Shown here piece by piece: positions 12,001 through 18,600 of a stretch of 64,000 nucleotides of DNA. Origin of the DNA: a virus; IMG/VR virus record IMGVR_UViG_3300009314_000003, positions 64,001-128,000 of that record. One strand, 5' to 3'. The notes beneath the pieces were generated by a model. That model was not told where the DNA came from. It did not search any database and worked only from the letters and a program-made list of their open reading frames with translations. Numbering within the stretch: position 1 is the first letter of the stretch; each line of letters starts with the position of its first letter. The translations under genes and the position numbers were made by a program.

Positions 12001-12669
12001 ACAAACAGGGGCCATATGTCCCCCTGGTCAGGTCAGGATACAGAACGTGACTTGGGATTCAGTGCTAATGAGGAAAACCTGCTTGATTATAGTGGCGCTT
12101 ATGCTGCTATGCCTTACTGGGACAGACCCTTCTTCAACGCCTTTCTAACAACTCCTTATGAAAAGAGGGAAGATATCCTTGGGACGGTGGACAGAACCTT
12201 GGCTAGTATGTTACAGGCAGCCTGGGGTCACGGTGAGCCGGATATTGAGGGTATTGGCAATTACTTTGAGGACCACTATCAACCGCCCGCCGGTCATCCT
12301 ATAATGCTTCCGGGGGCTGAGTTTGAGGACTACAAATATGAGACCATAGATCAGGCTGGCCTGGCTGCTCATGACTTTGGTCTTGGCTGGAGAGATCAGC
12401 TGCGAAGAATTCAATCAAGCCCCATAGATATTAAACCCGTTAACATTAATGCTGAAGGCCCATCGAAGAAAGGCCTATCCCTGGATGCCGGACAAATTAA
12501 GCAATCTATGCACCAGATACTTGCTAGACTAGGTTACCAATCCACCCCTGTCAAGGTGTCAACAACAGAGTCTCTTACCGATTCAGTCTCTCTACGTGTA
12601 AACATCAAGAGGGACTCTACCAATCAAATTATTAACCTACATACAGAGTCAATGCGTTATGGCGGATAA
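1..12669 (+). CDS. Giant virion/ejection (tape-measure-like) protein precursor with five inteins and a C-terminal RecB/Cas4-like nuclease domain; 5'-truncated by the window
   Basis: Frame of the 307..12669 ORF has no stop back to base 1 (GWGAHQRD...), so the true start is upstream. Five intein start/HN-end pairs; Gly-rich hydrophobic segments (VLPGAAMGFAMGGVPGAITGGIL; GALSFGLGGSLFGGLPGAILAGTFGAVYG); GTAIH...VDG...EIK...QLNAY nuclease motifs; lies upstream of baseplate genes. Confidence 0.75.
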   Translation, partial: GWGAHQRDAHQGPAWWNIPGHAVNFARWLPGFLTIDLGARLGFGLVGAAKRATSNAVFKSQPLRSLPEIITNARRYAKDNLDSPVVNLITSTLASVRAFSHFVGGKTDANNQTKRFAERSYKTISGYRRTGATANEYITENTRRLFKDYRRFKAKAKSDLKRALSTDYTRTGAELTRLFDPDAAKSSPIHIFKKGFGVEYGGMREMSRHLFERKMPLVARLSGLESLRMRHLKGIGQSEEWKRIFRVIYKGIQSAREFGDAGNQVRKLVKGGYSEGGKRSFDDLIVDSRLFFDPVTKEVRNLSGFTFKDIIGRSLHYASKRLTFNTPLGKIDLVSIFGGRAVASYGMPSIVRLEHGRVPTKAIQRLYGVEVYPTPTDPSAKQFTQVLAIKDRKSGYTVWADVYGGDASGGTGLEVVARNMSLVSSTDSTKMMSVYAMRESMWPPLDKNALNERFKGGGITPTIRKWLHNKFDLFGGGKFYPSVWELALHHMRGDSRVWTIFHPEGLPARVASGIYKMKDLAASGGQKASYQIQYLDAAYRKARTEASKLLTRDDILSRILRKAYEGDTIKLWGVKTEFKIKDIIDEKIVEDGLPEPLRLVREILKIDETASADSRLGRNLKQIIDELTDRMPEMGGFHKYVSEGGVGETATVKAKRFLAERAILREADTLGAARQLDTPHAGDTVKNIVDDILVAFDDLAKTNAITTKDLLKVKMGMQGIRWEHEVRNLGSLSGKSQITGRGIDKLFQAVGERGLMAKEYKDVESLFDFLRKAKMEDPELWDSYRRMTGKFKTTMMVDSQRHALEMMSDVFGESPYLLFEGGPMGWAKNVFSWGYDTFGRTMDLVGLGWDRGRFPKFMGKDSIAGLWTKRFALMGGVAAAYQTVDTVTDTTPIFAGSLAHDELVAVRHKRTGLVSLVKIGEFVEDGRADNNQFEAWTNHGGKIGWYDITQGIRHKRETTLVRVELESGADLFVTDNHSLFTGSESNLQLQAPEVGKHIVALESQYPSGAGISRVDISDLVTSLPEKLYVAVEDPSLNRGNYKLRADAEDIWGSNYVRWLRDRVTYHKAVYRTTYEAYTECPKKEFTKIRHFRSPVKIPSGWELTREFGYVLGMFAAEGCATKSNGSVYGVLFSAKDYGSLGHRYKGHIRSRLVSALKTVFPDAKISHSHKKIILHGYLYYWLFHDVFKMGHGASNKRLPDFALNGPEGFRRGLIDGYIDGDGYQKQTGDTIRPAGIGSTSRELVTQVYLLLRMEGCQVKLSSREPRQGQIIDGRVVNGNYRTYAITIRDLHTDLYDVSNSNHARTIRSNRVSSAIASMSACEEQPDFVYDISVAGAEKFIAGFGFLYAHNTALDEGTTVFLADQAVRARLFAGYVYDITGITDTMKYLEGLMPKSTQVLPGAAMGFAMGGVPGAITGGILNAWTQPVLKEGPLSFLSLLPPTAPFVSDMTKSFKELQDLYSGRELEAVRKGSGWPFGSVPIEGCLTERTEVLVADGGTTSIRAIKVGDCVIGPAGPVLVTATKDRYTTPSEQLYTIISRYNRSDEVEITGNHPVLVAEDPFRCSVVSNGTCSPRRNQKCHKCSHPYWQSYKLGWKRADDITSDDLLAIPRRRFNSSSEHVIRWVDFLGDDYKYVGGHVWVNSKLGTFGNEALRAIVDLVLDDLPHKDSEKQRRIEAIATQSGRMPRQVRQKMVDVRDRLRDGCPRDCIDYVDLGSLAEYLPLSYETGRFLGLYAAEGSVCDNGTISFAFHANEIEYHQFVESCMRRYFGSDTVTHVSGPQTAGTNQWAVQCFSTPIASILGRMFNRGASSKDIPARLFEANDDFLRGFLRGLFDGDGHHNLIKPRVEMRLASKDLINQVQLVLEHFGVVGFVSQVDNNGFDAYEILVSSSNARALLQLMEGVHESTFYDSLPGKGAWVCGDFIFTEVHKISSRSCPEGTHVYDIEVAEGESFRTVGLHLHNSRITAYSPNWYPMLKAQYKATPALYGSKLEQWAFKDLPFVDFSFGDLIDPDYLTRKHYYDRPYISCLTPGTLIIGDRITAIDKIREGSHVYTKSGELSKVTEVHRRNVKEHITNIRIAKHSEPLRLTWNHKVMVMQTEVCSHRHNSSKSRRVCRFGLTNSDCVKCTNKLYKNYELGWVRAKHIEPGDIVVKSIPDTSEIVESINISDFVLDYPVYDGSVYYAPRANKLSAKLAWIKAHIPQHKDNEKGALKRLSAAYDIPLGYLYNHYYTCNTNQWERWTIPDALPLDKNLFTILGYYLAEGSLTTKGVSFVFHEKELNTYVKELINAASNLGFKSSSWRYKEGSKAIELTIYSVILRKMVDSLCGRAEQKHIHSLLMKAPRESRIAFVRSYINGDGCYTAVDRGIWTVTYTSVVPSISYQIQQMLSTLGVFAGIHKSECPPYKIKINDKVNGISSGVYYIGTINGVECRKLLDLFEMDHPQTNPPAPNRWGWMDNKFIYLAVRNVDREYYEGPVYDITVDGEHNYQTSSAIVHNSDIPFLEVPLVGPALAATAGQAFRAIHPMTLDHPMHKEEVQRALQEGVAYSWRGEEEPGFGPRYTGSVYTDESYSQGRIMGTLEGRSPTIRSNMDVRQIISEQIYRGWIEPAGLAGFCLPEGSEVITYGGLYKKVEDINLGDKLITHRGHPGKVTRVYKRFVDEDIIELSVSHYADVPVQLTGEHPVLVAKTKPCLKTHDKQHCLPLHGSSRCYCCPREFNTNLEWVVAKDIKEGDFVVQPSSIGLPHSGLLDLGKMDEVVNYKRVNNNSRCSRDRDHKYFVIEHDNIRWWNGSKKRFPRYLELTKDLGFFFGVYLAEGSLDPSPNKVNKHNRGPERIQFALHKDETDAIGRRLIRIAREYFNIDPSKCHITPNHGNGIRLRLQSHAQLAITMHLLLGSKENKYLHPSLSNGPTKFIIGLLEGLLIGDGCAFNNENLTTITPTISLTTTAYGIVQAVRYAMTRIGLHPPVTTRDDSIVGRKTIINSHVAIHKLPSYRLRLSGYTAVKLNQLIHLYSGDGDFNYKPIRKKAPEVFTLYDYTYLKVKKVVSKRYKGRVYDFEIGGDHSFMTTACIVHNCTSALLWDSDEPFVDEPVFAPASEMDSMGRAYWDMNIGDPFLIGEGIRRMIPRPRTSYEKVDDLLRNDMPGWLPENFRRGDPFCISPDTMVEVYDGLIRADGVKEGDLIRTIRGRYFPINKIAVREVDEPVYKIKLAGVEYITTATAEHPFRIHPGKWALAEDLRPGMYVAYPRLKIDFPTELEILGRRFQLSGPLAYILGNVLKYGRVGDLSLAVTGVPEGDSFARTVQNILGIKLSKQGHSRSKILLSLFKDLNLRLPPMFYGGPLNIFASFLKPFTDEPLPGRRFITLTLPNMSLAYQVWNCLIQHDVIGQIDGCQITIPRWMLVGFNKNAVLIDYLCGDREILRYGDISTIPYKKHERGNDDHLYIRVDEVEEIHYKGPVYGFEVDRDNTFCVAGCISHNTRIPRGEALLPGPGYESMFNMVLDFPTGASRLGYSAYEQALHMIGLKDPLSEDEEEIMSEGTAIHKMVQAQLTKEGVLKKVEAYVTDPYNRVSSYVDGVMGSAYGDIPLEIKSISSKGFQQLTRPKHKHNIQLNAYLHMMKAREGKILYVNRTDPSQTKEFKVRYDPRLWAQTLAELETAREYASQFLGEGYGSSTNGYSYVDRMQVLMNAAPFSTEYREVAQIVGQQSELGLLSDEQENHLKRMRRYHQNMMRRHELYPHRFKWNQILDPDPQYQQLNSNELIKAAAEYPLPARVAGSIWEYMTHLRSPLHSKLIGQYSPEEQYERTVLYGSTHKNWANPISDFAEPYMRGLKSVTDPVQGALSFGLGGSLFGGLPGAILAGTFGAVYGSAHGIYRAATDSRYVPERFEEMQEMEEYFDRLKYYRSHTLYKATGDRRFLDEMGRTAVGWSAKTRGGRMTRQRREDDTKRSPYANYARQPTIYDITGNSSIYTRMMNWMGGVLPPEGMTQSSRWANQSYSTAGGTNRGHMSPWSGQDTERDLGFSANEENLLDYSGAYAAMPYWDRPFFNAFLTTPYEKREDILGTVDRTLASMLQAAWGHGEPDIEGIGNYFEDHYQPPAGHPIMLPGAEFEDYKYETIDQAGLAAHDFGLGWRDQLRRIQSSPIDIKPVNINAEGPSKKGLSLDAGQIKQSMHQILARLGYQSTPVKVSTTESLTDSVSLRVNIKRDSTNQIINLHTESMRYGG
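2689..4050 (+). mobile_element. Intein 1 (454 aa) with LAGLIDADG homing endonuclease, Ser-initiated
   Basis: FAG|SLAHDELV start, block B VTDNHSL, LGMFAAEG and LIDGYIDGDG, block F VYDISV, end YAHN|T. Confidence 0.93.
4450..5883 (+). mobile_element. Intein 2 (478 aa) with LAGLIDADG homing endonuclease
   Basis: IEG|CLTERTEV start, ITGNHPV, LGLYAAEG, FLRGLFDGDG, VYDIEV, end LHLHN|S. Confidence 0.95.
6079..7488 (+). mobile_element. Intein 3 (470 aa) with LAGLIDADG homing endonuclease
   Basis: YIS|CLTPGTLI start, LTWNHKV, LGYYLAEG, FVRSYINGDG, VYDITV, end IVHN|S. Confidence 0.95.
7840..9216 (+). mobile_element. Intein 4 (459 aa) with LAGLIDADG homing endonuclease
   Basis: AGF|CLPEGSEV start, LTGEHPV, FGVYLAEG, LLEGLLIGDG, VYDFEI, end IVHN|C. 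Confidence 0.95.
9466..10428 (+). mobile_element. Intein 5 (321 aa) with degenerate homing endonuclease
   Basis: DPF|CISPDTMV start, ATAEHPF, VYGFEV, end ISHN|T. LAGLIDADG positions decayed (LAYILGNVLKYG; FLKPFTDE). Confidence 0.92.
10500..10980 (+). other. RecB/Cas4-like PD-(D/E)xK nuclease domain within the giant protein
   Basis: GTAIH (10609), YVDG (D at 10717), LEIKS (E at 10756, K at 10762), HNIQLNAY (Q at 10822), ILYVN strand. No Fe-S cysteines. Boundaries approximate. Confidence 0.85.
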
Positions 12670-15600
12670 AGAGAAAGATACAAGAGACATACTGATATCC
12701 TGGTCCCTAATTCTCCCTACCCTCCTGGGGATTGTAAAGGCTAATAAGAATCTACCTCGCCTGGCAGAGCTACAGGATCTACTTATCAGATACCTCAGGG
12801 GTAGGGTATCTATGTCTGATGTTATTTCAGGCCGTAAGGCTATACGGGCCGTATTAACTAAGGACGTGGAGCTTGAGAAGTTTGTCGAAGCCCGTAAGCA
12901 AGCATGGCAGGATCATCTCACCGGCAAGACTGGAAAGGAATTTAGTTCAAACATATCTGCTAAGTTTGTTGAGGACATAGAGGGCGGAAAAGATTTAGTT
13001 GAGACCAAAATTGATATCCACACCAGGGATACTCTGGCAAGCAGAATCGATGTTGTTAGGGAAAATCTGGGGAAACGGATTGAGGATATCAAGAATAGAA
13101 CTGGTATCAAGACCTCTGTATTGAATAGGAAGGACGCTATCAAGGCAAGGTCCACCTTTGACTTATTTGGAGCGCAGGTATGGTATGATATGTTTGGCAG
13201 TACAGGTCCTATATCTGGGGGTTCTGCCTGGGATATGATGGATGCACATGCGTGGTTCAGGGCCTATAAAACTTCAGGGCATATATCATTTACCGGGAAC
13301 ACACAGGACCTGGAGGTGAATAGTATTAGAAGTCGACTTTCGTCGTTTGATACATCACCCGAGAGTGCTGATGTAGACATACTTAAGAAATATGTTACTG
13401 AGCTGGAGAGAATTGAAAAGCAATTTGAGGCTCCTCAGCTAAAACCCATAAGTGGCAGCAGAGTCAAAGATCCCATATGGACCTCAATTATTGGCAACAG
13501 AGTGGCAACCTCGAATGGTAGGATTACTACTATTGGCGGAAAGGAGGTTATGGGGCTTGGTGCTATTGAGAGTAGTATTCAACAGAGCTTACTTGGCGAG
13601 TTGGAGCAGAACCTCGCACCACCAAAGCAGGGATTCCAAACCAGATTTGAGGATATATTCTATAACTATTCCCCCCAGACACAAAGATTTTATGATGTTG
13701 TATTATCACCTCAGTCACAAGCTAAGGAAGTTGCTAAGGTATTCAGATCGATGTCTGAACACCTGGGGAGATTGAAACGTGGTGGGGCAAATACTGTGGC
13801 TGCTAAGCTTGCGAAGGATGAGAGCACACAACGGGCCCTGACAAAGGTTATAAACAACATGGAGCTGCGACTGGAGGTTACTGAGGAGCACGCCTTAGGA
13901 CGTCCCTTCAAGTACTTTAAGTTCGTACTCGATTCCTCAGGGGCCGAGGTAGATAGGAGTATAAAGGTAGGGGATAAGACACTAGACAAACTGGTTGGTC
14001 GTATGGAGTTCTACTTCCCCACCGTCCAGGAAGGTTATTTAATTACACGCCCCGGCGTTCATCCTCTAACATCTCCCGCCACATGGCCAGCAGGGGCTAA
14101 GGGGATATCCCAGTTCATGTCTATACCAAGTACCGTAGCCTTGGATATAACTCAGCACATGCCAAAGTTCTATAATGAAATGATGGATGCCATGCTCAGA
14201 GGTGATAGGGCCCAAAACTATCTTATGAGACGCATTAATCATGCCATGGAACTGGCATCTCCTGCTAAAGGCACCGTAGGAGATATCTTTCGTATAGCCG
14301 CCGCCAAACATGTCGAGGGTAGAATATATGCTGGGTTGGAAGATTCCAGGATGTATATAAACGCCCTAAAGGCAAAGTCGGCTGTGGAAAACGTTAAAAG
14401 GATGCACACAACAGGTAAATCGCGTATCCTGGTATTTGATACTGAGTATGGTAAGGAAGGCCTTCTCTCCAGATCTTTGGGGGTACAGCGTATGGCACGG
14501 GACCCGGGCGTAAAGGTCTGGTCCATTGGCTATCAGATCCTTGATTATGAGGCCTCTTCAGGGAGGATGACGGGTATTATGGGTAAACCAGGCAAGCTTA
14601 TGATAAAGCCCAAAAACTGGAATAGTATCAAGAGTAATGTGGAGCAGTGGCTACGCAGGCAATTGCCCGATGAGAAAGCTGTGGAGAAGATAATTAATAA
14701 GATTCAGGAGGGTGAAGGACTACGGGAAGCCCTAAAGAAGCTGGTTGATGATATAAGGACCTATGGAAAGAACGATATATATGTCTCTGGTTTTGCTAGT
14801 ATGGATGCGGATTTGAAGAACCTGGCCCAGATGATTGATGCTGAATTCAGTAAGAAGGAGGCCTTAGAATGGAAGACGCAACTGAGTTATCTCCTTGATG
14901 TAGATATGGAACACGGGGCCCGTAGACAAATTGATGTTATGCGTCTTTACCAGGGCTTTTCCTTTGCCAGACCTGAGACAGCTATATCAAATGCCGCAGT
15001 ATTTGAAAGCCTGTATGGTATTGATTCAACGCGCTTCGGTGAGCTATTGACAATGGTAAAGGGGAAGAAGCAGGTGGAGCTAAAGGTCGCAGCGAAGAAG
15101 TTGTGGAGCAGCAGTTCAGAAATAGCCAAGGCCGAGCACGCATTCAAGACCTTTGAGAATATGAAGCTTGGGGTGACGGAGTATCATTCGCACATGGCCG
15201 AGTTTGACTGGACAATACACGCCATGAGTATGAAGAGGTTGTTTGGCCGCGTCATGGGCCCCAATACACTCGATCGTGAGGCTCTGGAACGCCTGTCAAT
15301 TGCTGCTGAGATACAACGTAACAGGTTAGCCGGTTACAAATCACCCTGGCACTACGTAACAGATACCATTCTGAATCCTCTCTTCGCCTCTACTTACTCA
15401 GTAAGTTCGTTTGATGGGGCCGGTACAAGTTATTCAGATCCCAATATGGCCCAACTCTCTCTCCATGCTATGCCTAAGGCACAGGCCGCGCGGATGATTG
15501 GGAGTTTACTGAACCCGGATCGTGTTTTACCTGGTGGTTTACTACATAATCTCCTCCGCCAGAAGTATCAATCCTTCTCAGGGCATATCCTATCTGTTAA

Positions 15601-18600
15601 TACAGGCCTCATGTTCAAGGATATGCACGCAGACATGACCCAGGTCATGAAGGAGGCAGACCTGCCTTTCCTAGGTATTGGTGAAGTAATGGGTACTCCC
15701 CACACCACCGCAATGCGTCAGCACATAATTAATACCTATATGGGCAGCTACGGCAATTATGCAAGGAACAATCTTAGAGTAACCCTAGGAGACAGAGCTG
15801 CGGAGGCGGCCATGAAAAAGACTACGATGCACATGACCGATAGTATCATAGGTCTTGTGGCTTACCTACCGGATAGGCATGGTTACACACACGATGCCGC
15901 CCTAAGAGTTAATAAGGCCATATTCGAATCAGTTAATGTACTTGGTCATGGAGACCGACCAGGCATCCGGAATATAGAATTGGAGATACCAATTCCTGAT
16001 GAATGGAAGAACAAGAGTGGTATGGCCATAAAAGATGTCCTGAAGAGACAAGGTTTTCACCCTGCCATACAAAGGCTTGCACGTGAATATGGAGGAAGAG
16101 TCTCCGGTATAGTTGACAAGAGGTGGGAATATTTCAAGATGGATGTGCTGGGTGAGGGGGATATAAGTGACCGCATCATCCACCCAGGTGATGAACTAAT
16201 TAAGGAGGTACAGGGTAGACGTGAATATCTCCGGTTGACTGATGTAGGTAGGAAATATGATAAGAAGTACCCTGCCGCTGTGGTTGGTATGAAGGTTGAT
16301 CTCGAACAAAATAATATTATAATTACCGTCAGTGAACACTCTCGCCCCATGCTGACCACCAAAATATCAACCGGATCTACTAAAACACTGTGGGGAACTG
16401 CCAGCTCAAAGGTGGAGAATGTAAATACAAAGGGCCGTGCTGTGGGTGGTGGTATGCTCTTGTTGGAGGGGTCAATAAAATCCCTAAAGGACTATGGTGC
16501 TATTGTCATGGCACAAATCGGACGTGTATTGAGGCATGTGTACAGCAGTAACCTCGGGCCTCTTGGGCAGGAGGGAGCTATTAAAAAGGCTTTGACACCT
16601 CTTCTCGGCAAGGACCTGGTTGAGGATATAACATTCCAGGATAACAGGCTGTTGACTACAGGAGGTAGGTCTATAGTCATCAGAAAACCTGAGCTGGGAA
16701 ACAAGATACAGACCCATCTCTCCCGTCACAGTGCCTCCGTACCCAAATTATATGACATGGTGGAGGCAGCTGGTATAACTATCGGTGAGGTGCGTAAGTT
16801 GTTCAATATCATAACGAGTAATATACTGGAGAGTGAAACAGAGAGGGAGAAGCTCTTTAATCAATTAGGCAGGGACCACCTGAACTCTCTGGAGAGAGAG
16901 AAGGACAGGTTACTAGGTAAAATAGCAACAGCCGGTGAGGGGCGAAGTAAGAAAGAGATTGAGAGGAGTAAGAACATGGTCTCGAGACAAATTAGGAGTT
17001 GGAAGGCCTTTGTCGAGAGACAGGATGAATCTGGGACAGCCCTATTTGATTTTATGGCTACCAAACCTTTTGCGGATAGTGCTGTACTAACCTCACATAA
17101 TGCCATAATTGCTCTCGAGAGCTTACATATCGTAGAATCTGGGCCCATCGACTTTATGAGGTCCTTTGACAGGATGGAGAGCTTCTACGGTTTTCCACTG
17201 GGCCCACAGAAATTAAGTCCGGCGGATGCTAATGTCCTGGAGGATGCTGTCCGGCGTGCCGCTGGAGAGGATATAGCAGCACTGGAAATAATGGTCGAAA
17301 TGGACAAGATGCGCGGCTTTGCCTATATAAGTAAAAAGACAGGCAGACCTATAATCAGGGAATCCATACAAGCTGTTAACCTGGCTATGAAATTTCTTAG
17401 AGAAGGCAGGCCGGCCCTGGCAGCGGCCCTTGGTGAGGAGGGGACTACCAAGATATTGAATTATGAGGCTGTGCAACAGCTAGCAGAGAAATCTGGCTTC
17501 ATAGAGCTTATGTCCACCAAGGATATGGAATCTGTTCTGACAAAGCTGGATGCTATTACCGATGAGAGACACGTAGGACGAAAGGTGGCTGACGCCCTGG
17601 TGGATATGGGCATCCTCGGCGCGAAGGAGGGTATGAGTGAGCACGACCTGATGAAACTATTAAATGACTTTGGTATCTCGGGACCAGATGTAGAATACTT
17701 TACAGACGTGATAAACCAGGACAGGATTCACCTTGTGGACAAGACTCTCCTGAATGAGATCAAAATGTTCCGCACTACAAAGGGTAGTATGAAGGACATA
17801 ACCTTGCTGGAAGTTCAAAATACCAGCAGCGCAATCAAGGCTTTGAAAGCTCGTGTGGGAAAGAGTAGGGCAGATGTAAAGAGAGTAGAGAAGCTTGAGG
17901 GATGGCTGAAGAATACAGGTCGGACTAGCTTGTATAAGGAAGGCTTCACCTTTGATCTTAGGGAACATCTATTTGGCTATCTCATGGACAACCCGAATAT
18001 GGCGAAGGGAAAGACAGATATACTTCTACGGCAGGTATCTAACTACCTAGAGCGTATGGCGAAGAGGGGATCCCTGCGGGTCGGTGCAGATTTCATTCCC
18101 ATACCAAAGGCTGCCGTACTGATGTCTATCCTCCAATCCTCTAACCTAAGTAACCTCCTGGGAGGAAAAAATGCCTTCCTTGGAGGGGCCGCAGTGTCTA
18201 CCCTGGAAGTAATGAGAGATGTGATGCAGTTCAATCAAGCAACCAAAGATATTGCTGGTCTTGGTGATGGTGCAAAAAAATCTGTGGAGGAGTTAATTGA
18301 GAACTGGACGTCTAAGGTACAACAGCTGGAGCATTCCATAGGAGTGCTGCAGGAACGGGTAATTGGGCCCTCCGTATCTCAGCTCATCAAGAAGGCCTTT
18401 ACCCTATATGCCCCCACCTCATACGGCAAGTTGTTACACCCCCTCCATCTGCTTCCTACACTCCAGAATAAGTTGTACGGAGCTCCTGGCGGCCTGGAGA
18501 AGGCCCTGAGTAACTTTCCTAAGTCCGAAGTTATCAAGATAAATAATAAGGTGTTTGCAGAGATAGATATTAAGAAGGCCTTTGCTAATCTAGTTGATGC

